A stretch of 64,000 nucleotides of DNA. It comes from Phoronis australis. Taxonomy: Eukaryota; Animalia; Phoronida. Of the stretch, positions 12,351 through 25,591 are shown in pieces. The position numbers and the translations under genes were made by a program. The notes below the pieces were generated by a model, which did no database searches, had not been told where the DNA came from, and worked only from the letters and a program-made list of their open reading frames with translations. Position 1 is the first letter of the stretch; each line of letters begins with the position of its first letter. The stretch is from the NCBI GenBank assembly GCA_002633005.1, contig NMRA01000090.1, forward strand, positions 571,986-635,985. Direction: 5' to 3'.

Positions 12351-13599
12351 GACAAACTGAAACAGTTGGGTGGTGGTCGAATTTACAGTAGACCTATTTA
12401 ATGATGCCTCAGGAAGATACAGCCCCGTGAAGCGGACGAGGACAGAAAAAAACGCGTCAAATGTCAGCAACTTTACTAACAATACGGTAGAACTAGTATA
12501 GCGGAACTTGATGTCACCCGTTAGGTTGTTCTCAATATAGATCGATATAGTGCAATAATATTTTAGTTCTTTATTCGTCGTTTCCATTGTTTAGATAAAA
12601 GCAAAATATTATTTTCTAGCACCAAGCACAAATTTTCAAAAAGCCTTAAACATTAAAAACAATGGACACACATGGACACCGACATCGTAGCCCCTGAACT
12701 GTGTTGAGAAAAAGTCTAGTTACCAACGTTTATGCACATTTGCGCAGAAACAGCTGTACAAAGGACGCAAAACGCCTGTAGAGAGAGCGCCATCCAAACA
12801 ATAGTTTTCAAGTTTGTAAAGTTTCCAAAAACGCCAATAATATAAACGTGTTTTGCATCTGATAAATTTGCCCTGCCCATAACGGGGCTTTCTTAGGGGT
12901 ATTAACAATTTTTGTCATTTTATCTGACAACGGATAGGTTTTTGCGTGTTTTTCGGCATGCAAATGTGTCGCAATCACAGGCTTTCCTTACTAACTCGCT
13001 CGGTACTCGAAGTTCACAAAAATACGATTTGAATTTCTTTTTTATGGATGAAATACAATGGTAAAGCTCAAAATATCACTGGATATTAATTAATACAAGG
13101 GTTAAAGTTATTTTTTGCAAACTGGGTCAAATTATTCCGTCGAAGGTGTATTGAGTAAGACGCTCGTACTACACATGCGTACACAGTAGTTCATAAAAAA
13201 ATGTCACCGTCGAAATTCGACAAAATTTGCGGTTAAAAATTTGACGTTCAAAATTTTGACTAATTTGTTTCAATGCTGGATGAATCTCCTGTTGCTCTAC
13301 GCACTCTAGCGACGCATCTGTAAATGATTTGCGTGCCCTTGTAAACACATCCTCAGTAAGAAGTACGTTGAAAAATCCAACTGAGTTTCCAAGTGTCGAA
13401 CTGTGACAGTTTTAACAATTCAAGCATTTTTCAAATGCACTTTCTTTGAACAAGTTAAGTTAAATGAAAGCAACAAAGTGAACTTGTTGAAATTCTTGTC
13501 TTATGAGCAGACTTTGAAAACGCAATGTAAAAACTGTAGTTTGAAAAACGGCTGCATTTCCCCGTTTAGCGTTCTAAAAATCGAATATTTCTTTCTTCT

Positions 13600-13760
13600 G
13601 ATTCCATTTCTGTTACCAGCTGAAATTAAGTAGGATGCACAGGCTTACACGCGCCATGTTCGAAATAGGAATGACCAAATACAGTAAACTATGAAGTGCT
13701 ACTTGAGTAGCTGATGGTTTCGATATTCTTGTTGGTAATGGAAATGAAATCCTGTATAAA
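13600..13760. repeat. MITE-like family with an inverted GTAACGGAAATAG motif (other copies at ~39045-39210, ~41780-41820 and ~62350-62390)
   Basis: TTCCATTTCTGTTACCA...TGGTAATGGAAATGAAA is inverted here, and CTATTTCCGTTACTA...CTAACGGAAATAG is inverted at 39046-39188. Confidence 0.55.
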
Positions 13761-13961
13761 AAGGCGCATTGTAATACCGATTTAATAAAATAAATAATTA
13801 TTTTAAATTAATTCGTCAGGGCAAAATGTAGATCGAAGAAGTATACTTTAAAATCTTGGTGCCCAGGTTAAAAATTAGAAACGAAAGCGAAGAATTGCAT
13901 GTGATCGGTCGTTCTGATATTTTGTATCTTTAAAGCATACCTCTGATAGAGTTTAAGACAT

Positions 13962-14013
13962 TTCATAGCCTTGATCACTGTTCGAAACATTCCATAGCCT
14001 TGATCACTGTTCG
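13962..14013 (+). repeat. Short tandem duplication (period 30 bp)
   Basis: CATAGCCTTGATCACTGTTCG occurs twice. Confidence 0.8.
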
Positions 14014-15914
14014 CTTTGTCTAACATGTTAATACATAGTTTGGCTTCGCTAATGGACGTGTCTCTCACTAATGCATTCTTCGACGCCCGTGAAAAAACCC
14101 CAAGTTGCGGTGTTTCAAGCAAGAAATATTACAGTACAAGAAACAACAAAATCTTCATACAATATAATGTATTCGAGGCTATATGTCGAGTCTGGCTGCC
14201 AATGCACAACAAAAGTACATGTACATTGTGCGGTTCCAAGGTGGTTCTGTTAAATCTTATTTTTTCTAGCTAGCAGTGTATATTTTGTATTTGAAGTACC
14301 CCGAGAATGAATGTAAGGTATCTTGCTAGACACACGTGAAATATTGTAAAAATGGCCAATTTTTGTGAATAAGGTTGGAGATTTCCTTAATGGAATGACT
14401 TCTACATGTATCTGGTCATTCAACAACACCATCTGTTCTTCCGTTAGGGGACTTTGAATACTCTGTACAACTACACCTTCTTCATTATTATGTGGCGCAG
14501 GCGGTGTAGTAGCCTCGATACCAAATTCTGAGACTCCAGCCTGTCAAGAAATAAAGTGACCAAATCAAACTCACTAAGGCAAAATTCATGGGAAGTACCA
14601 AAAACGACAGTCACAGTGTTTATTAAGCTGACGCACAAGCTTCATCGTTAGTCGTAAGCGTTCATTTATGTAAAAAGTACTAAAGTGCAAACGTAGATAC
14701 GACACCATTGCTGGCATACTGACACCGTGAAAGATGTCTGCAAGGAATTTGTGTTGTCTAAAATGCCACAGAAAAATAAAGTTGTTGCACTATTATGGAG
14801 TGAACGAAAAAACCAAATGAAGCCACTCTTTTAGCTACAGAGCGAGTAATTCTGAACACATCTGCAACAATTAAAAATATAGGTCACGATGGCTTTTACT
14901 CTCACCTCAGTGAACGTTTCAAAGTACTCATTTGGGATCAGGTAGTTGACTTATCTCATTCTATGCAGACTACTCATAAACATTTGAGTTGGAGATTTAT
15001 TGTTTTCCGTTCGAATGCTGTAATTGTTCCAAGAATCAGCGAATCAGGGCAGCGCACGACTGAATGGTCTCCACGAAACAATGATGTACTACTATTCGGT
15101 CTCATCATCCGGTTTCCGTGGATTCGGCTACTGGCCGGGTGTTCCAAAGTTTTTCTCTGATAGCCTTAATTAATTCCATCACAAAATGGTCGGACACACT
15201 AGCGTCTTCAATTGTTCTGTAACTGGTATTCAACTCTGAATTGCATAGCAAAGGCTATTTTCTGAAATACAACTTAACACGAAGGCAAGTAACGGCTATA
15301 TTCTTTCATTTTCAAAAGCCTGACTACATATACATATACATGAATACATACACGCATAAATATTACCATGAACCGGACGGCCCGCCTTGTACAAAACCCC
15401 GGACCTGAGACGGAAACTCGCGCATGCAGAACTTGAAGTATATTGTGCTACCTCCAATATAACACAACCGTTGTCCTCACTTGTTGGTCTGAGGTTAGGA
15501 ATGGAAAACTTAAGTTCGACAAGATGGCTAAATACGACTGTAAAACAGATACCCCGCGTCATTTATCATTTAATCTCACAAAATGAACATAAACTGTATT
15601 ATCTGATTCAGGTTGATGTCTGCCAAAACAAAAAACAAAATATGAAAGATGTTGTTTCTTAACAATTAAGCAGTTGTTTTACTATATTTTATTGATTGCA
15701 ATGCAAATTCTCGAGAATAAAGTAGAAATAGTCATGATCTTACCTTTCAGCTACAGCTTCAAAGCGTCCAATGGCGCAAAGCAGTTGGTTTACGTAGTAA
15801 ATACGCAGCAAAGCCTCACCAGTGTTATCCCATCCTAAGGGAAATAACAATAACATAATGCAGGTTTGGGGATCAGTCAGATTGAGACTCCGTGACGTCA
15901 TTCGTTTTCAAGTG

Positions 15915-16200
15915 GCGCCCTCTGTTCGTTTGCCGTGTTTGTCTTGTTCGTTTAACAGATGACTTGTCTGTTCGACAAGTTTAGCCTACAAGGTTACTTG
16001 TCTGTTTGGTAACCTACTCAATCATTTGGCAACTTACTTGTTTGTTCAACAGTAGGCACTTGTTTATCCGACAAAATCTGCAAAGTTGACTTGTCTGTTT
16101 GGAAAACCATAGCATTCTTGACCTGTTTATTTGACGATTCACTTGTCTGTTTAGCAAACCACTTGTCTGTTTGTCAAACCACTTGTTTATTTGGCAGTGT
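15915..16200 (-). repeat. Second, inverted copy of the 7540-7746 subunit repeat
   Basis: Begins GCGCCCTCTGT and is followed by many CTTGTCTGTTT(G/C) subunits. Confidence 0.7.
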
Positions 16201-16255
16201 TGTCTATTTTGAACTTTTTCGCTGCCCATACATAGTCTCTAACGACCACGTTCAA

Positions 16256-16273
16256 AAAGTAGGTCATGTTTAC
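16256..16273 (+). promoter_or_regulatory. Candidate RORE (AAAGTAGGTCA) abutting a Fox motif (TGTTTAC) upstream of GDAP1-like A
   Basis: Perfect match to WAWNTRGGTCA, conserved in position in paralog B. Confidence 0.45.
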
Positions 16274-16353
16274 AGCTTATCGGGCTTTTGTCGTATCCTA
16301 CTTAGTTTTATCTTCTTCAGTGAGCTTGCTTTGGAAGTGGCAGGTTCACCGCC

Positions 16354-19300
16354 ATGTTCTCACAAAACGAGACTAAATTGACGGTTTATTTCTTCAGAGA
16401 ATCATCTTGTTCGCAACGGGTGAGTTAATTACATGACGGCGTTCTGCCGTTCAACAACTTTTCTAGACATGAGGGATTCTGAGCGTGCGATATTTGTTAA
16501 CTGCCCAGCACAGTCTTTTGTCCCGTATGACAATAAGTAGGCCAATTATTTTCAAAGGGTTACTTAAAGCTGGCAGAATGTATTGCCTTAACTTCTGTTG
16601 TAGTAGGGCGATTTTGATGATTCACCACACTAAACATGATCAGCATTTGACAAGGGATTCAGAAATGCTATTGGTTTATGTTCAAATATGTTACAACTTA
16701 ACTTTTAGCAGCACAGCCTAGTCAGGCCAATACGATCTGATCGGAGATTAGAGCAATTATCGTACAAAACAGAGCCGGTCCTCCAACCATAGGCTAAATA
16801 CCAGAGTGGAGTTAATCAGTCGTGTAAGATATTGGCTACAGGGGTGATCTTCCCAACTTTAATTGTTGTTGGGCTATAGAATCGGGCAAGATGGGAGCAA
16901 CGGGAAAACGTCGTAATAAGGAAAACATGAGACCTCTGGTACAACTTACATGTATGTGTTACATAGGCTATATACATATAGACCTCGGGCAATACTGCGT
17001 TAATCACGATGTCAAGTTAATGTTGATCTGATTTTATTGTATGTGTATTTATGGATACAAGAAAATAGCCCGCATAGCTACTAGTGACACGTACAACGCT
17101 AAACAGCCGTCGCTAAACAGCTTCAGCTGTATCAAACTACAAGCGTATAATCGTAACCCAATTTACTGTAGTGAATCCTTAGCAACAGATGTCGCTGTGT
17201 AACCTAAAAACCAGCACATCTTAGGCCTGGCTGTCCACACGCTACCGGTTATCGTGTACCACTTTTTGACCCCTGTCTCTACATACTCCCCTTTTATTCG
17301 GGAATAACCCACTACTACGAAGGTTCACTACTCCGTAGGTTAACCATTCCGAGGTTTCATTGCTCTGAAGGATCACTGCTCCAAAAATAATTGAAATTTC
17401 TGTCTCTGGCAGATGCAACTTTTTATTTCTAGATGAAAAAGTACTGTAATTGGAGTGATGCGCTTGCCGAAAACAAAATCCTGGTACCAGTACACTTTGT
17501 TTATGTTTCCTGCGTATGCAAGATTAGGCTTCAAGTTCAAAACATAAATTTATCAGTAGGAGCAAGTGTTTTCATTTTTAAACTAGCCCCACGTTTGACT
17601 TAACCCGTAAAAGATCCACATTTCCAAAATTCGAGCTCTCCTATATTATAGGCCGCGTGCGCGCATGCCAAATCAACCATAATTTTAATACAATTGTCTT
17701 TGTCAATATTAAAAGACATAACATTTTCCATCTAAAATTAAACGTTTTAATTAATCGCAAGAACGGATCAAATGAATGGGTCAATTCGGGTATTCTTCTG
17801 TCGATAAAATTTAAACTTTAAATTGGTTACATACCCCTACTCCAAATAACACCCAATTGCACCATACATTAACTATTAAACATCCAAGATATACTAAAAC
17901 ATTTTGAAAAGCATCACCACGTCTGCCAAACAAACGCACTTCCATAATTATTCCAGGGAATACCTAAACAGTATGAGATAAACATGGCAGGCATTACGAG
18001 CTACGCTAAAACAACAATTCAAACAACATTTTCCACCATCAATTGTCTAACAGCGGAAACAACACGAAAATTGACGGTGTATCGTAGGCAGTGTGATAGT
18101 ATAGAATCATGCTGCGTCACGGAGGACTTGTTTGGCAGATTCTACAACCACATACAGCTGCTCTCATTAAGGTTCCTTTACTTTTTTCAAGCGCTAAACT
18201 GAAATAGTAAGTTTACGACATTTTAGTACAAAAAGTGCAGCTAAAACATTTTCATTTGAAAGGTACTGGCATGTTTGATTGAAAAAGACATCCCGTATAC
18301 TGGAGTAGAGGTGAACATCTGGGCTCTGGAACAATATGAGCCGTGGTACGCTCGGATCAATCCGCGAATGGAGGTGCCAACATTGAAGCACGGTGACAAG
18401 ATTATCACAGACTCAGCAAGGATCATAGACTACCTGGAGCAGCAATTCCGTACGTAAAGTTAATGGGAGTTGATCTGATGTTTTAATTACTTGATCACAT
18501 GATACCAATAGCTACAGAAGATGGGCCGTACATGCACTTCTTGTAGGCAAGGTATATTGTGAGATCTGTCAGGCGCCTTCTCTTTGTAATGAATTTGACA
18601 TAACGATTCAAAATTAAAAGAATGCATGCTGTACTTCTATTTCATTCATACCGTGCTACTTGAAATGTCCCCTCAAATGGGACATCTGTTGTCGGTTGCA
18701 CGAAAATTCCTAATTAGGTTCTCCAAATCTTGGGTACCCATGTTTCTTTGTTAACTCAAAAACGTTATGTATTTCTCTTAAGTTTTTTGCTACAAGTTTC
18801 CATAGACTAATGAAATTATCTTATGTTATATATGAAACCTGAGTTCTTATTTCAATGAAAATGAATGGTGACTCACTCCTTAAATTAGGATCGGCTGCAT
18901 GAAAAAGTCTCTATTTTTATAACATTTGAGAATTCCAAGTAGACTTCACATCGGTGTGTATTCAGCTAAAATTGACTTAGTAACGCAGATAAAAACCAAT
19001 TTAGAAAGAGAAATCACTGTTTGCACAAGTCCGCAAAAGTGGTGAAAAGTTAAGGAACTTGGATGAGTCCCTGTTTGGGATTGTTTCATGCAACCGGACA
19101 CTGATGTACATGTACGTGTAGAAAAATTGATTACTATAATTCAACACCAGTCTGACAACCTGAATCATCTATTACAGCGAATCACCCAATGAAAGAAGTT
19201 TCAGAAACCTACGACCGAATGTTGAAACTTCTAACTGAACCGGACAAAGTGAGCAAATGGCCGTTCATTGGAGCCTTGACTATCGGCTCGTTCGTTTACC

Positions 19301-22300
19301 CTGAATATACGGAGAACTGTCAGATGTCGTCCCTAGTGTTGCGACTCAAACGAGGTGAGCACGACTCCGTTAAATGTATCTTCACGCGTAGCGCAATCGT
19401 TGCCTTATGGACTAGTGTTGCTTTTGCCATTTGGGCCAGGTCATTGGCTCCAAATAAGACTTATTAAAAAAATGGAATTGGCACTTTCCATTTTAGGAAT
19501 CATTGAAGAGCAACGTTCACGTAAGAATCGTTTCTATGGGAGACATGAGGCTTGAGTGAATCAAAATTACCAGAAATTGCTCAGACTATCTTTACCTACT
19601 ACATTAATTAATGTTATTAGGATTGATGTAACATTGTTGGAAGAATCTTACGAATGTTTCTGTGAGAAAGAAATCTTGAATGGAAAACTGTTCTCAAGAT
19701 AAAAACATTCAATCCAAGCCATTTGCAACTAAAAGAATGTAAAATGAAACTTTGCGAGAATGTTCCCGCCAGAGGAATTGCGATGATTACTGTAAAAACG
19801 CTTTTGTTCAAAAACGCGGTCACGTGATATTTTATTTGTACAAATACCTTTCCAAGATTTAAGCGCGGCTATAATGCCGCTCTTCGTTACAAAAATATAC
19901 TTTTGATTTAGATCACTTACCATAATTATGAAATTGTTCATTAATTTTGTCAAATACGATGCAATAAATTCATTGTTGTCTAGCACACTTAGTTGTGAAC
20001 ATTTGTTAGGTAAGTCATCCTTTGAGCCACTAACTGTAAAGCTGCTGTGTGTTTCGTAGACGCCAGAACCTCGTGAAAACGCAATATCAGGCAAAACATC
20101 ACGTGATATCACCTTGAATTAAGCAAAAGACGTGATCCAACTAGCTCCGTCTCGAGAATCAAGTTAGAGTTCAACAACGCTAGGGCCTACGCTAGGACCT
20201 CGCGAAAATCTAATCAACACCAGGGGTTCTCATATAAAATACACGGCAATATATCACGTAATCTCGCGAAGTCTTACTTTTTAACGAGGTCCTAGCGTTA
20301 CTGAACCCTGGGGTCTATGGAAGTCATCGAGTGACGAGTGACACTGACACACTCTCTTAATTTCTGCTCAATAACGAGTGAAGATAATTGCTACTATGCC
20401 TGTGTTCAATAGCCATAGATAACACCTTGCTACCCTCTCAATCTTTGTTCCATAGCAAGTGTCCATACATTGTTTCTCTCTAAATCTCTCCTCTATAGCT
20501 ATTTACGACACACTGCTACAGTTTCAGTCTCTGCTTAAAGACGCTACGTCTCATTGAGACTTTGAATATTCCAATTTGTAACAAGCGCCACCTAGTGACT
20601 TGCTGGAGAATTGCGTGTACAAGGGGCCTCCGTTAATAATCTGTATAATTTATTCGATTACTAGTGATCAACATGATTTTTACAAACAAAAATTCCCTGT
20701 ACTGTAACATTGATTGCTTAGAAATATTTCTTAACAATCATAATACCGATTTCTGTTTGCTCAGCGTAAATATTTACTCTCTGCATTCTAAATTTGACCA
20801 GCTTCAGGCTATTTTACGAAATTTAAAAAAACGTTTGATGTTTGACAGCATCTGCTTACAAGAAACGTGGCTGGATTTTGATGACGATTACGGATTTTAC
20901 AAATTAGAAGGTTAGAGTGTGACAAAAAATAGTTAGAAACCGTCTGTTCCAAACATGGGGTCCTGGTTATTTACGTCAGAGATACGATTAATATAACGAA
21001 TGTTGAAACAATTAATAAGGCATGAAGATTTAATAATTAAAGTGAAGTTGAGCACTGGTAAATAATTTACCATATTTAACATATACAGATGCCCGTCAAA
21101 TGTTCAGAGAAACCTTGATGACTTCATGTTAGACTTTATTCCAACAATTTCAAATTTCATTGTTAAAGAGGGAGGCTTTTTGATAGCTGGTGACTTCTAA
21201 GTCAATTTACTACAAACTATCAATAGTACAAAATTTTGTAAGTTTTTTGACCATATGTCAAACTTGTCTCCTCTTTCTAAGAGAACATTTCCTACTCGTC
21301 TCACCAACAACACGTGTGCTCCAACCACGAACATGTCGGAGGTTGATATACTGTTACTGTTACTTAATTTATCCGACCATTTCCCCATATTTTATCTTTC
21401 AATATTAATAACAAAAGCAAACCTCATCGACCTAAATTTATTTCGCTAAAGTCAGTCAAAAAATCTCATGCCAATGTTAAATCTGATTTGGCTTCAATTG
21501 ACTTTGATTTGTCTCAAAATCCTAACAACAAATGTAATCACTTTAGAACAATTATTTTAGATTTCCTAAATGAACATTTTCACTCCAAAACCAAACGCTT
21601 TAACAAATATAAACATAAACTCAACGACGGTATTACATTGGGCATATTAAAAGCAATAAAAGTGCGAGACAAAATCTATAAAAAGATGAAAACCACACCT
21701 CCTGATTCTATTTTTGTCGCATTTACTTATTAAAACTGCGAAGTTATAACAATATGCGTAAATATGTAATAAAAGAAACTAAACGCCAGTGCTATGAAGA
21801 ACAGTTCAAACAGCGCAAACAGTAAATAGCTGATCAGTTCAAAAGCTATTTTATTAACATTGGAAAGAATTTGGCTTCTCAAATACCGATACGCAATGAA
21901 CGTTTCCAATGACGAGTTTTATTGGTTTCAAAGCTACCTTGAAAATAGAAAACAGCTTGTCTGCCTTGATACTGTCACTTCGTTACAACTTGACATTTAT
22001 ACAGGTGTACCACGGGAATCCATTCTAGGACCACTCCTATTTTCAGTTATGCAAATGACATCACTTTCTCCAGCAAGTCACAATTCATTGTGCTTGTTAT
22101 GTCCTTTCCACGTTAACAATAATCATAGCCTCAGCGATCAAACCATCAGAATAAATAATGCTCTACAAGATGTTCTTGATATCAATATATTATCCCTCAA
22201 CACAAGTAAAACTAAATTTATTGTACTTCCATAAAAAATCAGCAACTCTGACATCCCTCTAATCAAAATCAACAATTAATAGACTTGAAAATTTCAAATT

Positions 22301-25300
22301 TTTAAGGTATTTTTGTAGATAGTCATCTTTCCTGGAACAAGCATGTTGAGTAACTTTCTAACAAAGGTGCCAAAACTGTGGGCTTCCTCTTCGTGTTGAA
22401 ACATTATTTTCCCAAACACACACTCCCGATGATATGCGATGCTCTTATTCCATCACATCTATATTTTGGTATAACACTATGGGGGTTCAATAATTGTACG
22501 AGATTAAAACTTCTGCCGAAAAAAGATTTGAAAAGTGTTACCAGTTCTTCGTTTTTTTCATGCACAGAACCAATTTGCAGGGAAATCAACACTTTTTCTT
22601 GACGACATACTTAACCAAGCTTGCCTTAAATTCTTTTATGAATTCAAACATAATCAACTTTTTGATAACATTTTTTTCCAATTCCAGTCACCAAGAGATC
22701 TTCCTAGAATATGCAGTCAACAACCCATCCTAAAACTGGTCACCTAAAACGAGAAAAGTTGAGAAAATTCATTAATCTCACAATACCAAATTTAATAAAC
22801 AACAGTATCCTTCCGAGATATGTAACAGACAAAATCGACACGTATAGCTTACATGGGTTCTCCTTGTATTTGAAAATTACATATTAAGCACTTACAGCTC
22901 TCAATGTAACGCTCTACATTGTTATGTATGTTCTAATTGAAGTAACCGCGATCACCTGTCTTACATTGTGGATGTAACTTTTTCTGTTGTTATCTATATT
23001 GTTCTTCTTAATTTTTAATATCTATTTTATTTATTGTTACTCAGTGGTAAGTTTTTTATGATTTAAAGAATAAAAGTTTCTCTCTCTAAAAAGAAAACAA
23101 AACAATTTGTAAATAAATTGCAGTTTTAAAGAAGCACCACAACTGATACACTTAAAAACAAGTGTTAACGTATAAAAAACCTATTAATTCCAAGTAATAC
23201 GCAATTGCTATTTGATAGTGAAATAAATAATAAAATCTTTGCCTTGTTTAATTAGGGTAACGATGAAATATTGCCATATATTAATTAATTCATGAGAAGA
23301 AATTGGCGCGAAATTCTTGCCTCCCAAAACGGCACTTCAGGAGTAGAGAACGAATGCTTAATTAAATTACGAAAAGCTTTAATTAAGTGGAAAATATGTC
23401 TGGGATAATCAACAAAAGTTATTTTTTGCTAAATCTGACATGAAAAAGGCTGGCTTTGCCTTTAAGACCACCACAATACGATCGATGCTGAACGATGGTT
23501 CGACCGCGACATAGTTATTTGGTGGTTATACCATCAACAAACTCACGAGTTAAAAGTTCTGTATCCGTGTTCGTTAAAAACGAAATGTAGAACGAGTATA
23601 TTGGAGCGAGTGAATTTTACAAACTACAGATACGTTAAAACGCGCCGGAGGACTCGATTGTGCTTTTCCTGAACCTTTCTGTAGATACTGGGTTAACTGA
23701 ACAGACTTATCGAAAAAGTGCTGTACTGCATGCGCGGTGTTATTGAGTCGTAAGTTTGGCCGTCGAAAAAAGTTCCACTTATGAATGTTGTGTTGATGTT
23801 CAAGGCATCTCACTATTCACTTAAAAGTAGTTCCATTGCCAGACAAGGCGTAAGTACCATGTTTATTGCCCTCACAGCCGTGTGGGTAATGAACTATTGA
23901 AATCGCTGATGAAAGCGTGTCGAGTTTATAGTCCCTGTAACCCATGAGATTCCATCACGATCATTTTACGTTATGCTCTGGTGTGCGCATGAGGTGTACA
24001 GGTACGCTATGGTAATTGAAATTCATTGTGAAGACGTTGTACTATTGGATAGTAAAGGCATATTGTCTGAAAAATTGTTTCATTTCCGTTTTAAGCGCAA
24101 AGTAGATCCTTGAGACTCTCCAAACCTGGACGGCTAGCACAGATGGTAGAGAAGTTGGTTGAGGCCAATCCAGACCTGAGGGGTGTGTACCAAGAGAAGG
24201 TGGAATGCATTCAGTCTAGGATAGATGTGGTAGCAACTGACAGCGACAGTGACAACTTTCTGACACGAGCATTAGATACCGCTGACAGTCTGTTGCTGGA
24301 ATGCGAAACACACCTTAGGAACAGTGAATACGGTAATACTAAGTCTACAAGAGGCCGATGTATCAAGATTTGTTTTCCTCTAAACCCAGTATCCGATTTG
24401 CATGTATTCGGTGGAGCACCCAGACATTCACTTTAAAGGTCCCGTATGCTTTCACTGACACATGCACTAGTGACACTGAACCCGGGGGATTGTTTCTCGT
24501 TGCGTCGTTCTTACATAATAGATGTAACCTATTGGGAATGCCCAAAGTTAAATTAGTTGTACTTTACCTTGCTTTATGTTTGACAGAATCTTATGAAATC
24601 TAGGGTTTTTATTTGCGTTTGGAAACAGCTCGACAGAAAGAATAATTCAAGCAGCCAGTTTTTCCAGTGATCGGACAGATGTTTGAAGGGCTATATTTTG
24701 TCTTTTGAAGACCTAAAGTGGATTCACGAATGACTGAATGAACTTCATTTAATGATGGTGACGTGTGTTAAATACGTTATAACATTTTAACCTTGTTTGA
24801 AATATATCATCAATGCTAAAGGGCTTAAAAGTCATTTTTGTACCCATGTCTTGTTTTACAAGTTGCCGTTTCATGGCTGGTTATTTCATGCGCCGAACTG
24901 TCAACATTTCATTACCACCACAATTTGACCAGTCCTTTATATCACTCGAGTAATTTCTCATGTTGGACACCACACATGTAAACTCGACTGAAAGCAGTCG
25001 CAAAATATTGACTATTCTCCGATTTTCGACAGCGTGACATCCAATAATTGCTCAGTGAAACATGGAGCACTCTTCGGAAATTCCTCGAAAATGTCACCTA
25101 CTTGAAAAAGGTACATTTACTCAGTTTATAGTACAATCCTTAAGTTCACAAATTGCAACCATCATGAATAAATACAAAAGTACGTACTTTGCACTTTGTC
25201 GACGACAACTATCTTACTGAAAACCCGTTTTAATAACACGATGCCCGTTAATGAGACTGTGTCGTATTTCTGTTTATCAGGCCAGCGTCAAGACGAACAG

Positions 25301-25591
25301 TGGTTGTGCGGTCCAGCATTTACATTGGTAGATATATACTTGGTTACCATTATTTCGCGACTCAATAAGTGTGGCCTCTATAACAGATTGATGAAGGAGC
25401 GCCCTTTATTGAGGGAGTACTTCAACGAATTCCTACACAGGAAGTCTGCATCGGTGTACAAGCAGCCTCTTCTTGGCGTCATGGCACGATCACTAGCTAA
25501 GCGCTTCATCAGATCGTATGGACTAACCATTGCAGTATCGACTGCTATATTGTTTGGAGCCTATTATGTAGCTAAAACCTACACGGAATAA
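16354..25591 (+). CDS. GDAP1: GDAP1-like tail-anchored glutathione S-transferase, copy A (~325 aa, 5 exons)
   Basis: Exons 16354-16419, 18263-18449, 19178-19354, 24096-24332 (alternative donor 24323) and 25281-25591 are all GT-AG with consistent phases and total 978 nt. Motifs: SQRV..LIEK, YEPWYARINPRMEVPTLKHGDKIITDSARIIDYLE (GST-N), WLCGPAFTLVDI (GST-C), and a C-terminal TM YGLTIAVSTAILFGAYYVA. Confidence 0.9.
17310..17385 (+). repeat. ~15-bp tandem subunits (CTCCGAAGGTTCACTA-like)
   Basis: 4-5 degenerate copies in intron 1 of copy A. Confidence 0.55.
20166..20310. mobile_element. MITE-like insertion specific to copy A intron 3
   Basis: The ends are inverted (GTTCA..AACGCTAGG..ACCTCG / CGAGGTCCTAGCGTTACTGAAC). 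The paralogous site in copy B reads GAGAATCTGGGGTCTA without the insert (~36650). Confidence 0.7.
20348..20540 (+). repeat. Degenerate ~41-44 bp minisatellite (copy A version)
   Basis: Units are bounded by CTCTC(T)AA..ACACTGCTA and are homologous to 36676-37030. Confidence 0.6.
20630..23090 (+). mobile_element. Degraded, internally deleted CR1/L2-group (Crack/Daphne-like) LINE in intron 3 of copy A
   Basis: APE motifs SVNIYSL, DSICLQETWL, NIYRCP, IAGDF and LSDHFPIF. RT motifs WFQSYLENRKQ, GVPRESILGPLLF, a degraded YADD region and LSLNTSKTKF. C-terminal C..CYVC, then AATAAA at ~23069. Many stops and frameshifts; absent from copy B. Confidence 0.9.

Noticed and set aside
19729-20112. Nested antisense 127-aa ORF in copy A intron 3
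   Set aside because: The homologous sequence in copy B is interrupted by indels and a large insertion and gives no ORF
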